Positions 1 through 9,890 of a DNA stretch of 64,000 bases are shown one piece after another (positions within the stretch are counted from its first letter, which is position 1; every line of letters starts with the position of its first letter). This DNA comes from Clostridiales bacterium (GTDB lineage: Bacteria > Bacillota > Clostridia > Christensenellales > CAG-138), in contig JAILNX010000018.1 of NCBI GenBank assembly GCA_024691085.1, forward strand, positions 156,591-220,590, in the 5' to 3' direction. The notes beneath the pieces were generated by a model. That model saw only the letters and a program-made list of their open reading frames with translations. It did not search any database and was not told the DNA's origin. The translations under genes and the position numbers were made by a program.

Positions 1-1
1 A

Positions 2-1378
2 CGGCTCCTGAAGGACGATGCCGATGTTCTTCCTTAAATGATGGCGCTCGATGTCGTTTATGTTCACGCCGTCGACGAGTATCTCGCCCTCCGTCGCGGT
101 GTAGAGCCTCTGCAGGAGCTGTACGAGGCTGGATTTGCCGCTGCCGGTCGAGCCGAGGATCGCGACGGTCTCGCCCCTCTTAGCCGTGAAGCTGATACCG
201 TCAAGCACCTTTTCGGTGCTGTCCTGATAGGAGAAGCTGACGTCTCTGAACTCGATATCTCCGTTGATCTCGGGCGTGAGCGCCTTGCCCGGCTCCTCCT
301 CGAGAGGAGCGGACATGATCTCGTTGAGCCTGCCCACGGAGACCGACGCCTTGCCGAGGTCTGCAAGTATCCTGCCGAGCTGACGGACGGGCCATGTGAG
401 CATCGAGGTGTAGGACGTGAATACGAGCATCTCGCCGACCGTGATCCTGCCCTTGATCGTGAAATAGACGCCGACCGCGAGCGAGAGCAGTATCTGCATA
501 TACCCGATAGCGTCGGAAGCCGACCAGTAGTAGCCCATGAGATAGGTTACCTTGAGCGTCTTTTTCCTGTAATCACGGTTCTTCTCAGTGAAGGAATCGA
601 GCTCTCGCTTCTGCTGACCGAAGGCGCGCACGACGCGCACGCCGGTAAGGTTCTCCTGTATCGCCGCGGAAAGGCTGCCCTCCGCCTCGTCGGAATCGGA
701 GAATGACTTCTTGACCGCCTTGAAATAGATGAAGCTCGAAACGAACAGGAGCGGCATCAGAAGCACCGACCAGAGCGTGAGCTTCGGGTCGATATAGAGC
801 ATTATAGCCGCCGCGGTCACGACCATTAGGACGGTCCTTATGATCTCGAGGAGCTGATTCTCGATGAACCTTCTTACCGTGTCGACGTCCGAGGTGCACC
901 TCTGCACCAGATCGCCGGTCGATACGTGCTTGTGATAATCGAAGGGCACGTTCGCGAGGTGCGTATATAGGTCGTCGCGGGTGTTCTTCGCGATCTCCTC
1001 GCCGGCGTAGGAGATGAACGTCCTCCTTAAGAAAGCGCCGAGAGCGTTGATCCCCGTGAACAGGAGGAGCAGTATCGCCATTATATAGAGATGCTTAAGC
1101 AGGAACTCCCTGCCGCCTATCGACTCCACCCAATCGATCAGCGCCTTGGGTATGGAGGCGGCGCCCGCCTCGTACCCCTTTTCCGCATAGGGAATAAGCA
1201 CGTAGTCTATCGTGAAGCTCGTGATTATCGGAACTATGTATACCGTGACGACGGCGACTATCATCGCGATGCCGGCCAGGACGAAGTACTTCCCCGTCCC
1301 CCTCATCATGCGCCTTACGAACGCTGCCTCGGAACGCCTTTCGGCCTTTGTCTTCTTCTTTTTCTTATTGTCTTCCAT
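2..1378 (-). CDS. ABC transporter, fused permease/ATP-binding subunit (type-B exporter, MsbA/BmrCD-like); 3' end runs off the window
   Basis: Absent from the ORF track because it is open at the window edge. My minus-strand translation from the ATG at 1376-1378 gives MEDNKKKKKTKAERR..., a multi-TM N-terminal half, then ...GETVAILGSTGSGKSSLVQLLQRLY... (Walker A) near position 100. Confidence 0.9.
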   Translation of the reverse strand, partial: MEDNKKKKKTKAERRSEAAFVRRMMRGTGKYFVLAGIAMIVAVVTVYIVPIITSFTIDYVLIPYAEKGYEAGAASIPKALIDWVESIGGREFLLKHLYIMAILLLLFTGINALGAFLRRTFISYAGEEIAKNTRDDLYTHLANVPFDYHKHVSTGDLVQRCTSDVDTVRRFIENQLLEIIRTVLMVVTAAAIMLYIDPKLTLWSVLLMPLLFVSSFIYFKAVKKSFSDSDEAEGSLSAAIQENLTGVRVVRAFGQQKRELDSFTEKNRDYRKKTLKVTYLMGYYWSASDAIGYMQILLSLAVGVYFTIKGRITVGEMLVFTSYTSMLTWPVRQLGRILADLGKASVSVGRLNEIMSAPLEEEPGKALTPEINGDIEFRDVSFSYQDSTEKVLDGISFTAKRGETVAILGSTGSGKSSLVQLLQRLYTATEGEILVDGVNINDIERHHLRKNIGIVLQEP

Positions 1379-1412
1379 AGTGTTCACCGTATTGTCTTTT
1401 TTTCTTTTTTCC

Positions 1413-1452
1413 GGACAAAAAATGCCGCGGGCTTTTCGTTCGCCCGCGGCAT
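1413..1452 (-). terminator. Terminator-like hairpin between leader ORF and exporter start (candidate attenuator)
   Basis: Minus strand reads ATGCCGCGGGC-N9-GCCCGCGGCAT (perfect 11-bp stem; arms 1442-1452 and 1422-1432) followed by TTTTTTG. It sits 5' of the exporter ATG. Confidence 0.55.
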
Positions 1453-1469
1453 GTATGCGCCTTGTAACC

Positions 1470-1559
1470 TCAGATCAAAGGCCGCATAGACATGATACGG
1501 GCATAGTTATCCCTATAAACCAACGCGATCCTGACAAGCATTGCTTTGAACATATCCAT
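1470..1559 (-). CDS. Candidate 29-aa leader peptide (MDMFKAMLVRIALVYRDNYARIMSMRPLI)
   Basis: Below the ORF-track size cutoff. ATG is preceded by AAAGGAG with a 6-nt spacer. The stop lies 17 nt before the hairpin at 1413-1452. Confidence 0.4.
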   Translation of the reverse strand: MDMFKAMLVRIALVYRDNYARIMSMRPLI

Positions 1560-1589
1560 TGCGGTCTCCTTTCCGAAAATTTCCAATTA

Positions 1590-1618
1590 AGTATAAATCC
1601 TTTGTATTACCTTTGCAA
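1590..1618 (-). promoter_or_regulatory. Sigma-A-type promoter for leader ORF / ABC exporter
   Basis: Minus strand: TTGCAA (1613-1618), 17-nt spacer, TATACT (1590-1595). Confidence 0.45.
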
Positions 1619-1688
1619 GAGCTTTTTACCGTTTTTTGCAAATATATTATCTGTATGAAATATATTGTTTGATTCCCCGCGTTCCTTG

Positions 1689-1717
1689 TTGACATATCGG
1701 GGCAACGTGCATATAAT
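1689..1717 (+). promoter_or_regulatory. Consensus sigma-A promoter of groESL
   Basis: TTGACA (1689-1694), 17-nt spacer, TATAAT (1712-1717). Confidence 0.8.
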
Positions 1718-1725
1718 AAGCTTTG

Positions 1726-1752
1726 TTAGCACTCCCTACTAACGAGTGCTAA
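1726..1752 (+). promoter_or_regulatory. CIRCE operator (HrcA binding site)
   Basis: TTAGCACTC-N9-GAGTGCTAA, a perfect match to the CIRCE inverted repeat, located between the promoter and groES. Confidence 0.95.
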
Positions 1753-1807
1753 CAATCGACAGCGTTCGATATGATATTAAACGTATTTATAATAGGAGGA
1801 TCACATT

Positions 1808-2095
1808 ATGAAACTGAGACCTTTATCCGACAGAGTAGTCATAAAGTCGCTCGAAGCGGAAGAGACCACCGCGTCCGGCTTCATACTCACCGGTAACGCC
1901 AAGGAGAAGCCCCAGATGGCCGAGGTCATCGCGGTCGGCCCCGGCGGCGTCGTCGACGGAAAAGAGATCGTGATGAACGTAAAGCCCGGCGACAGGGTCT
2001 TTTATTCGAAGTATGCGGGAACCGAAGTCAAAATGGACGGCGTTGAATACATCATCGTCCGCCAGAACGACATACTCGCGGTAGTCGAGGACTGA
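1808..2095 (+). CDS. groES: Co-chaperonin GroES
   Basis: 95 aa. [13 protein letters not shown]...[15 protein letters not shown] is a typical Cpn10. AGGAGG RBS; directly upstream of groEL. Confidence 0.97.
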   Translation: MKLRPLSDRVVIKSLEAEETTASGFILTGNAKEKPQMAEVIAVGPGGVVDGKEIVMNVKPGDRVFYSKYAGTEVKMDGVEYIIVRQNDILAVVED

Positions 2096-3742
<1,647 letters not shown>

Positions 3743-3755
3743 TGAAATGAACAAG

Positions 3756-3788
3756 AACCCGGAGCGGAAAACCGTTCCGGGTTTTTTA
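3756..3788 (+). terminator. Intrinsic terminator after groEL
   Basis: AACCCGGA...TCCGGGTT stem followed by a T-run. Confidence 0.7.
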
Positions 3789-3997
3789 TGCTGAACAGAG
3801 AAGGATCGCACAGTTTATTAATAGGAGGACAGGTTCGATACAAGCAAGAGAAACTAAGAAGGGAGTACCGGATCCGATTGCCGGCAGGACGATCGGGGAT
3901 CGAAAGGACAGCCGGTCTTTTGAACAGGCTTCAAGAGGCCGGAACTTCCTTATTCAGTGCAAATAAAAGCGACAGGCTTTTGCCTGTCGCATTTATT

Positions 3998-4207
3998 TGG
4001 TCTGGGTGAGAAGATTTGAACTTCCGGCCTCGGGGCGGGCTGCTCGCTTCGCTCCCAAGGCCGCCCGTTGATTGCTTTTTCAAACATCCACTGGATGTTT
4101 GAAATCGCCTTCGGCGACCTGCAATCAACCCCTCTTAGGCTTCAAGAGGCCGGAATTTACTTATTCAAATCAAACAAAAGGGACAGGCTTTGCCTGTCCC
4201 TTTTGTT
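3998..4207 (-). repeat. tRNA-Pro-linked 210-nt unit: hairpin terminator, structured spacer, then an exact 34-nt copy of the tRNA-Pro 3' end including CCA
   Basis: 3998-4031 is identical to 4208-4241 (TGGTCTGGGTGAGAAGATTTGAACTTCCGGCCTC on the + strand). 3926-3997 is a diverged copy of 4137-4207, which contains the hairpin. No tRNA 5' half is present. Confidence 0.85.
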
Positions 4208-4284
4208 TGGTCTGGGTGAGAAGATTTGAACTTCCGGCCTCTTGAACCCCATTCAAGCACGCTACCAAACTGCGCTACACCCAG
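4208..4284 (-). tRNA. tRNA-Pro (anticodon GGG)
   Basis: Hand-folded 77-nt cloverleaf: CTGGGTG TA GCGC AGTTTGGTA GCGT G CTTGA ATGGGGT TCAAG AGGCC GGAAG TTCAAAT CTTCT CACCCAG A CCA. C1:G72 and G37 are typical of tRNA-Pro; CCA is encoded. Confidence 0.93.
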
Positions 4285-4301
4285 TCGCTTAATGCTCATG
4301 T

Positions 4302-4330
4302 ATTGTAGCACCGCGAATACGCATTGTCAA
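4302..4330 (-). promoter_or_regulatory. Promoter of tRNA-Pro
   Basis: Minus strand: TTGACA (4325-4330), 17-nt spacer, TACAAT (4302-4307), about 17 nt upstream of the tRNA 5' end. Confidence 0.6.
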
Positions 4331-4357
4331 TAGAAAGATGAAAGTATATTGTTTCTT

Positions 4358-5575
4358 TCATACCACCTGGAAAAGGTAGAACTTTAAGTAATCCGTCTCC
4401 CTCACCGTGGGCAGTATCGGATGGTCGGGCGCCTGCTGGCGGGCTTCGATCTGGCGGAGCGTGACGGACGCGTCGTGCGCGGCCTCCTGGAGCATCTTTC
4501 TGAACATATCGTCGTACATGAAGTGCGAACACGAGCAGGTGGCTAGATAGCCGCCCCTCGGCAGGAGGCGCATCGCCTTTAGATTGATCTCCTTGTACCC
4601 GCGGTAGGCGTTCTTCGCCGTCGCGCCCGACTTGGTGAACGCTGGCGGGTCGAGTATGATAAAGTCGTAATCCTTCGATTTTTTGGCGTTCAGCTCCGTT
4701 AAAAGGTCGAAAACGTCCGCGACGATGAAGTTCATCTCAATGTCGTTCCTTTGGGCGTTCCTCTTAGCGAGCTCTATCGCGTTCGCGGATATGTCGACTG
4801 CGGTCACGCTTTCGGCGTTCCCCATCGCGGCGTTCAGCGCGAAAGCGCCCGTATGCGTGAAGCAGTCGAGCACTCGTCTGCCCTTCGCGAGCCTTCTTAC
4901 CGCGAGGCGGTTATACTTCTGGTCAAGGAAGAAGCCGGTCTTCTGTCCGTTTATGTAATCGACGTCGTACTTGATGCCGTTCTCGGTGATCTCGGTATGT
5001 CCGACAAGATCGTTTCTCAGCCCCTCGTGACTGAAAAACGCCTTGTACTCCTCCATCCCCTCAAGCGCTCGGATCGGCGCATCGTTCCTTTCGAAAACCG
5101 CGTCGACGGTCTCGCCCATCGACCTTAAATAATCGACGATAAGCGGGAAAATGATCCCCTTTCTTTGATCCGTGCCGAGCGAAAGGGACTGTGTGACGAG
5201 CACGCTGCCGAAGCGGTCTACCGTAAGCCCCGGGAAGAAGTCCGCCTCGCCGAAAATGAGTCGGCAGCAGGAAAAATCGTCGCCCATGACCTGGCGGCGA
5301 TAATCGAGGGCGTACTTCACGCGGCGGGCGTAGAACGCCTCGTCGAAGCGGTCGTTCGCGTTCGTCGAGATGACGCGCACCGCGATCTTGCTTAAATCGT
5401 TAACGTAGCCCGAGCCGAGGTAATTCCCCTTTTCGCCGAAGACGTCGACGATATCGCCGTTTGAGTACGCGCCGTTTTTCCGTATGATCTCCTCGCCGTA
5501 GACCCAGGGATGACCGTTTTTAAGGCTGAATTCCGCCTTTTTCGTTACGGTGAACGCGGGATAGCTTCTTTCCAT
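4358..5575 (-). CDS. Class I SAM-dependent rRNA methyltransferase with N-terminal PUA-like domain (RlmI/YwbD family, COG1092-like)
   Basis: 405 aa. N-terminus KNGHPWVYGEEI; methyltransferase core VLDCFTHTGAFAL...FIILDPPAF. Confidence 0.85.
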   Translation of the reverse strand: MERSYPAFTVTKKAEFSLKNGHPWVYGEEIIRKNGAYSNGDIVDVFGEKGNYLGSGYVNDLSKIAVRVISTNANDRFDEAFYARRVKYALDYRRQVMGDDFSCCRLIFGEADFFPGLTVDRFGSVLVTQSLSLGTDQRKGIIFPLIVDYLRSMGETVDAVFERNDAPIRALEGMEEYKAFFSHEGLRNDLVGHTEITENGIKYDVDYINGQKTGFFLDQKYNRLAVRRLAKGRRVLDCFTHTGAFALNAAMGNAESVTAVDISANAIELAKRNAQRNDIEMNFIVADVFDLLTELNAKKSKDYDFIILDPPAFTKSGATAKNAYRGYKEINLKAMRLLPRGGYLATCSCSHFMYDDMFRKMLQEAAHDASVTLRQIEARQQAPDHPILPTVRETDYLKFYLFQVV

Positions 5576-5688
5576 CTTTCTTCTCCGATAGCTTGATGCC
5601 TTATTTTATCAAACGGAAAAGGGTTCGTCAATGAGCTTTCGGCTCACGAACGGACCCTTTGACAGGAGGAAAACCTTCTTCCTTAACG

Positions 5689-5898
5689 TTACTTCATCAT
5701 GTTGCTGCCGGAGTTCTGCATATTCTGCTCGGCATAGGCGATCATGCGCTTCACCATCTCGCCGCCGATGGAACCGGCCTCGCGCGCGGTGATGTCGCCG
5801 TTGTAGCCCTGCTTGAGGTTAACGTTCATGCTGGACGCGACCTCGGTCTTGAACTGATTAAGACGGCTCTTGGCCTCACGGTTGTTGTTAGTGCTCAT
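5689..5898 (-). CDS. Alpha/beta-type small acid-soluble spore protein
   Basis: FKTEVASSMNVNLKQGYNGDITAREAGSIGGEMVKRMI. I place the start at the internal ATG (MSTNNN) because AGGAGA lies 6 nt upstream; the ORF-track start at 5928 has no RBS. Confidence 0.9.
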   Translation of the reverse strand: MSTNNNREAKSRLNQFKTEVASSMNVNLKQGYNGDITAREAGSIGGEMVKRMIAYAEQNMQNSGSNMMK

Positions 5899-5934
5899 TT
5901 TCGTTCTCCTTTCATAGATTTTTTTCATGCTCTT

Positions 5935-6132
5935 TTACTTATTCATATTGTTCTCGGCGTAAGCGATCATACGTTTCACCATTTCGCCGCCGACAGAGCC
6001 TGCTTCGCGGGATGTAAGATCACCGTTGTAACCCTGCTTGAGGTTAACATTGATGGAGTTCGCGACCTCGGTCTTGAACTGCTCCATGGAATGCCTCGCC
6101 TCGGGAACGATGACGCGGTTTCTCCTTGACAT
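5935..6132 (-). CDS. Alpha/beta-type small acid-soluble spore protein (tandem paralog)
   Basis: FKTEVANSINVNLKQGYNGDLTSREAGSVGGEMVKRMI; AGGAGGTG RBS. Confidence 0.9.
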   Translation of the reverse strand: MSRRNRVIVPEARHSMEQFKTEVANSINVNLKQGYNGDLTSREAGSVGGEMVKRMIAYAENNMNK

Positions 6133-6279
6133 ACCTTTTTCACCTCCTTAAGGTTTTTGCAAACGGCTTTAAAATGCACTTTACCGTTTCGGTATTAATT
6201 TGCGTAAAAATAAGACCTATTATGACAGGAAATTTTTGAAAACAAAAAAGCCCGAACGGGCTTTAAAACATGGTTTGAT

Positions 6280-7419
6280 TTACTCCGCGAGGTCCGAAAG
6301 AAGCGTTCTGTACTTCTCATAGAACGCGCCAAACCTGTTTTCTTCGATCGCTTCGCGTATTTTTTTCATCAGGTCGTTGTAAAAATACAGATTATGAAGA
6401 ATGCAGAGCCGCATGCCGAGGCGCTCGTCCGCCTTAAGAAGATGCCTTATGTACGCTCTCGAATAGCTTCTGCACGCGGGGCAGGAACAGCTTTCAGATA
6501 TGGGTCTGTCGTCGAGGCGGCAGCGCTCGGCCAAAAGCCGTCTTCTGCCCTCCCATGTGTAGACGTTGCCGTGCTGCGCGCCTTTTAGCGGGAAGACGCA
6601 GTCGAAGAAATCGACGCCGCGGTAAACGCCCTGGATTATGTTCGAAGGCGTGCCGACGCCCATGAGGTACCGGGGCTTGTCCTTAGGCATTTCGGGACAG
6701 ACGGCGTCGAGCACGCGGTACATGACGCTCGCCTCCTCGCCGACCGACAGTCCGCCGATAGCGTAGCCGGGAAGGCCGAACTCCCTGATCTCACGCATAT
6801 GACGGATCCTGAGATCGTCGTACGTGCCGCCCTGACCTATGCCGAAAAGAAGCTGGTCGGGGTTCACGGTATCTTCGAGCGAGCTGAGCCTCTCATGCTC
6901 CTTTACGCACCTTTCGAGCCATCTCGTGGTGCGGCCGATGCTCTTTTCGACGTAGGAATACGGCGAGGGATTCTCGACGCACTCGTCGAACGCCATCGCG
7001 ATCGTGGAGCCGAGCGCCGACTGCACGCGCATGGATTCCTCCGGCCCCATGAAGAGCGGTCTTCCGTCGATGTAGGACGTGAAATGCACGCCCTCCTCGG
7101 TTATCTTTCTTCTTTTGGCGAGCGAAAAGACCTGGAAACCGCCGCTGTCCGTGAGGATGGGCCTGTCCCAGTTCATGAATCTTTTAAGCCCGCCGAGAGT
7201 CTTTATGAGCTCCTGTCCCGGGCGCACGGCGAGATGATACGTATTGCATAGAGCGACCTGGCAGCCGATCTCCCTAAGGTCGTCTGTGGACGCGCCGCCC
7301 CTAATCGCGGCCGCCGTCGCGACGTTCATGAATACGGGCGTTTCGATAACACCGTCGTTCGTCACGAGCCTTCCGCGCCTTGCCGCGCCGTCGGTATTTA
7401 TCAGGGTAAAACCGTTCAA
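6280..7419 (-). CDS. tgt: Queuine tRNA-ribosyltransferase (tRNA-guanine transglycosylase)
   Basis: 379 aa. GAARRGRL...TPVFMNV...TDSGGFQVFSL, with C-terminal zinc motif CSCPACRSYSRAYIRHL. Confidence 0.95.
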   Translation of the reverse strand: MNGFTLINTDGAARRGRLVTNDGVIETPVFMNVATAAAIRGGASTDDLREIGCQVALCNTYHLAVRPGQELIKTLGGLKRFMNWDRPILTDSGGFQVFSLAKRRKITEEGVHFTSYIDGRPLFMGPEESMRVQSALGSTIAMAFDECVENPSPYSYVEKSIGRTTRWLERCVKEHERLSSLEDTVNPDQLLFGIGQGGTYDDLRIRHMREIREFGLPGYAIGGLSVGEEASVMYRVLDAVCPEMPKDKPRYLMGVGTPSNIIQGVYRGVDFFDCVFPLKGAQHGNVYTWEGRRRLLAERCRLDDRPISESCSCPACRSYSRAYIRHLLKADERLGMRLCILHNLYFYNDLMKKIREAIEENRFGAFYEKYRTLLSDLAE

Positions 7420-7437
7420 AGTCTTTTCTCCGGTAGA

Positions 7438-8322
7438 TTATTTGTTTTTATTATAGCTTTTCCCGCCGCTGAATGCAACAGCCTCGCCGATCGACGCCAT
7501 GGCTCCGAGCCCCACCGCCGCGTCCTCAAGCTCCTTTTCGTCAATCTCCGCCACCCTTTCGCCCCCTTTGCCTATCACCGTCAGCACGGCGTAGCCCCCG
7601 GGCGGCAGAAGCTCCAATGCGCGGGCGACGGTCGTATCCGCAGGAACGGCTATACCCGTCACGTTAAGAGGTCTTCTTCTATTAAGCCTTTCGCGCCTTA
7701 CAGCGGGAAAGCTCTCGGGAGAGCGCTCGGTCAGTGCGGATAATATAAGAAATATCCCCATTGCGAGGAAGGTCACGTTGAACGCGCCGCGGTAAAGGAG
7801 CAGACCGAACGCCGCGATAAATCCCGCGCCCGTTATTGCGCCGAGCGCGCGGAGCGCGTGCATGGCGGGCTTTTTGCCCCTTGAGGAGCAGGCGGCGTAA
7901 ATGAGTCTGCCGCCGTCGAGCGGCATCGCGGGCAGGAGGTTAACCAGAAGGAGCGCGAGGTTGAACTCCGTAAGTCCGAGCCCCGCCGCGCGGTATACGG
8001 GAAAAAACTCCTCGAAAAGCGAAGAGAGCGCAGCCATAGAGAGGCTTGCGAGAGGTCCCGCGGCATAGATCGCGGCGGCGTCCGCCCGTGACGAAAAGGC
8101 GCAGTCGAGCCTCGCCACGAAGCCGAACGGCTGTATCTCGACCGAACGCACGGGATAGCCGAGCCTTGCCGCAGCCATTGCGTGAGCGCACTCATGCGCG
8201 AGGAGCGATATGAAGGCCGCCGCAAGCGCGCGAAAGCCGCCGAGGAGCGCCGCGAGCGGAACGAAAGCAAGTAAAAACGGGCTGCACTTTATCTCCGTCC
8301 CGCCTATTGAAAACAGCTTCAC
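7438..8322 (-). CDS. spoIVFB: M50 site-2 protease with C-terminal CBS-like domain (SpoIVFB-like)
   Basis: HExxH motif (HECAHAM), multiple TM segments, NLLPAMPLDGG. I place the start at the GTG at 8322, just after the upstream stop; the ORF track extends to a TTG at 8370. Confidence 0.8.
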   Translation of the reverse strand: MKLFSIGGTEIKCSPFLLAFVPLAALLGGFRALAAAFISLLAHECAHAMAAARLGYPVRSVEIQPFGFVARLDCAFSSRADAAAIYAAGPLASLSMAALSSLFEEFFPVYRAAGLGLTEFNLALLLVNLLPAMPLDGGRLIYAACSSRGKKPAMHALRALGAITGAGFIAAFGLLLYRGAFNVTFLAMGIFLILSALTERSPESFPAVRRERLNRRRPLNVTGIAVPADTTVARALELLPPGGYAVLTVIGKGGERVAEIDEKELEDAAVGLGAMASIGEAVAFSGGKSYNKNK

Positions 8323-8329
8323 TTGAGCG

Positions 8330-9004
8330 TCATCCCGCCTTTCCGAGGCCGAAGAGCTCCGCAAGGTCAACAGGTCTTCCGCTCTTCCACGCGCGCACCG
8401 TGACGGCGCTGCCCTTGACCGTGCCGAGCTTCTGCCTTACCCTGACCGGCTGGCCCTCCTCGACAACGACCTCGTCAAAGCCGTAGACGGCGAACTCCAT
8501 ATCCCCGTCGGTCACGACCGATACGTACTTGCCGAGATCGGGATCGACGCCGACCGCCTTGATCCTGCCGGCCGCGGGCGAGATCACGTCCGACCCGACC
8601 GGAGCGACTATCGAAAGCCCGCCGTCCTGCCGCGCGTCAAAGCTGAGCGCCGTGACGGGCATCACGGGGCCGGACGACGGCGAAAACACCTCGATTATCG
8701 ACGGGAGCGAAACGAACCGGAGCCTGCCCGGAGTCTCCTCCTCCCTCTCCTCGCCGTCCTTTCTTTCGGTAAGATCGCCTATCACGCTGAGCGCCTCGTT
8801 GTTTCCCGAGAGCTTGAGGCCGAGTATCAGCGCAAATGCCGCCGCGCAGATCCCGAGGCGGATCAGCAGAAATCCCGCCGTCGAGCCGAGCCTCTTCCCG
8901 CCGCGCTGCTTCGCGACCGCGGGCAGCCTTAAATAACGTCTTCTGCCCTCGCCGTAACCCTTCGAGACGAACTCCGTCGTGTTGAGTTTTTCGTTTTCAT
9001 CCAT
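8330..9004 (-). CDS. spoIVFA: Membrane protein with degenerate M23/LytM domain (SpoIVFA-like)
   Basis: One TM segment plus a C-terminal LytM-like fold (ISPAAGRIKAVG...YVSVVTDGDMEFAVYG). Sits immediately upstream of the M50 protease, as in the spoIVF operon. Confidence 0.6.
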   Translation of the reverse strand: MDENEKLNTTEFVSKGYGEGRRRYLRLPAVAKQRGGKRLGSTAGFLLIRLGICAAAFALILGLKLSGNNEALSVIGDLTERKDGEEREEETPGRLRFVSLPSIIEVFSPSSGPVMPVTALSFDARQDGGLSIVAPVGSDVISPAAGRIKAVGVDPDLGKYVSVVTDGDMEFAVYGFDEVVVEEGQPVRVRQKLGTVKGSAVTVRAWKSGRPVDLAELFGLGKAG

Positions 9005-9058
9005 AAAAAAAAGCCTCCCGCGTATACTTCATTCGAGTATATGCGGGAGAAGCCGTTT

Positions 9059-9682
9059 TCAATGCCTCATCCTTGATTCGACGACGCGCCCGATGATCTC
9101 GAGATCGCCGTCGGTGACGATCATCGGATCGTACGCCGGATTCGACGGGATCAGCGCCAGGCTCTTTCTTATCCTTTTCACGCGCCTTAATAGCACCTCG
9201 TCGCCGAGCCTCACGACGTAGATCTGACCGTCGCGGAGCTGATCGCCCTTCTTGACCAGAACGCTCGCCCCCTCGGCGATGAAGTCGCCCGTCATGCAGT
9301 CGCCGACGACCTCCATGAAGAAATAGTCGCCGTTTGAGACCTCGCCCGAAGCCACGGGGATGTAGTCCGTGATGTTCTCCTCCGCGAGCATCGGCTCGCC
9401 CGCGTGCACCATGCCGACCATCGGTATCATCACCGCGTCGCCCATGCCGCTTTCGCGGATCCTGCACCTCATCATGGCGGGAATGCCGCCGTCCGCGTCG
9501 CGGCAGAGCAGATGATCGGCGGATACTTTGAAGATATCCATGAGCTTTTCGAGAACGCCCGCCGGGATCCCGATCTTTTCGTTTTCGTATTTCGATACCG
9601 CGGCCTTCTGAACGCCCAGCATCCTGCCGAGCTCGTCCTGAGTAATGCCCATTTTAAGGCGCAGTTCCTTTAAACGATTCAT
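9059..9682 (-). CDS. XRE-HTH / S24 peptidase repressor (LexA-like, autocleavable type)
   Basis: N-terminal HTH (LRLKMGITQDELGRMLGVQKAAVSKYE). Ala-Gly cleavage-region motif VHAGEP. S24 core VVGDCMTGDF...LLRRVKRI, with Cys where Ser is expected. Confidence 0.85.
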   Translation of the reverse strand: MNRLKELRLKMGITQDELGRMLGVQKAAVSKYENEKIGIPAGVLEKLMDIFKVSADHLLCRDADGGIPAMMRCRIRESGMGDAVMIPMVGMVHAGEPMLAEENITDYIPVASGEVSNGDYFFMEVVGDCMTGDFIAEGASVLVKKGDQLRDGQIYVVRLGDEVLLRRVKRIRKSLALIPSNPAYDPMIVTDGDLEIIGRVVESRMRH

Positions 9683-9715
9683 CGCACACCTCGTGACTCT
9701 TTTGTTAATTACATT

Positions 9716-9732
9716 GTATCCTAATCGGAAAC
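9716..9732. promoter_or_regulatory. Candidate operator 2 (GTATCC-N6-GAAAC) in the repressor promoter spacer
   Basis: Lies inside the minus-strand promoter TTGCGA-17-TACAAT. Same 17-nt pattern as 9800-9816. Confidence 0.4.
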
Positions 9733-9793
9733 AATTCGCAAGCGTTTTTGAAGAATATATTAAAATTCTTTAATTTGAGTACCATTTTTGGTC

Positions 9794-9822
9794 TTGACAG
9801 TTTCCAAATAAGAAACTATAAT
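9794..9822 (+). promoter_or_regulatory. Consensus sigma-A promoter for the small membrane peptide
   Basis: TTGACA (9794-9799), 17-nt spacer, TATAAT (9817-9822). Confidence 0.7.
9800..9816. promoter_or_regulatory. Candidate operator 1 (GTTTCC-N6-GAAAC)
   Basis: The inverted repeat GTTTC-N7-GAAAC fills exactly the 17-nt spacer of the promoter at 9794-9822. Confidence 0.4.
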
Positions 9823-9890
9823 GTGACCGTAACAAAGAGCCGGAGCAAAAAAGCGCACGGCGGGACAAGAAACGCGAAAGGAGAAGCAGC

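Noticed and set aside
3998-4031. Possible second tRNA-Pro gene or pseudogene.
   Set aside because: Only the 3' 34 nt are present. No acceptor 5' strand, D-arm or anticodon arm can be found upstream. It is treated as part of a repeat unit rather than a decayed tRNA gene.
3788-4128. ORFs of 73 and 65 aa in the tRNA-Pro-linked region.
   Set aside because: They have no RBS, overlap the terminator hairpins and the tRNA 3' copy, and give low-complexity products.
5689-6132. Tandem SASP genes as a possible novelty.
   Set aside because: Multiple alpha/beta-type SASP paralogs are normal in spore-forming Firmicutes.
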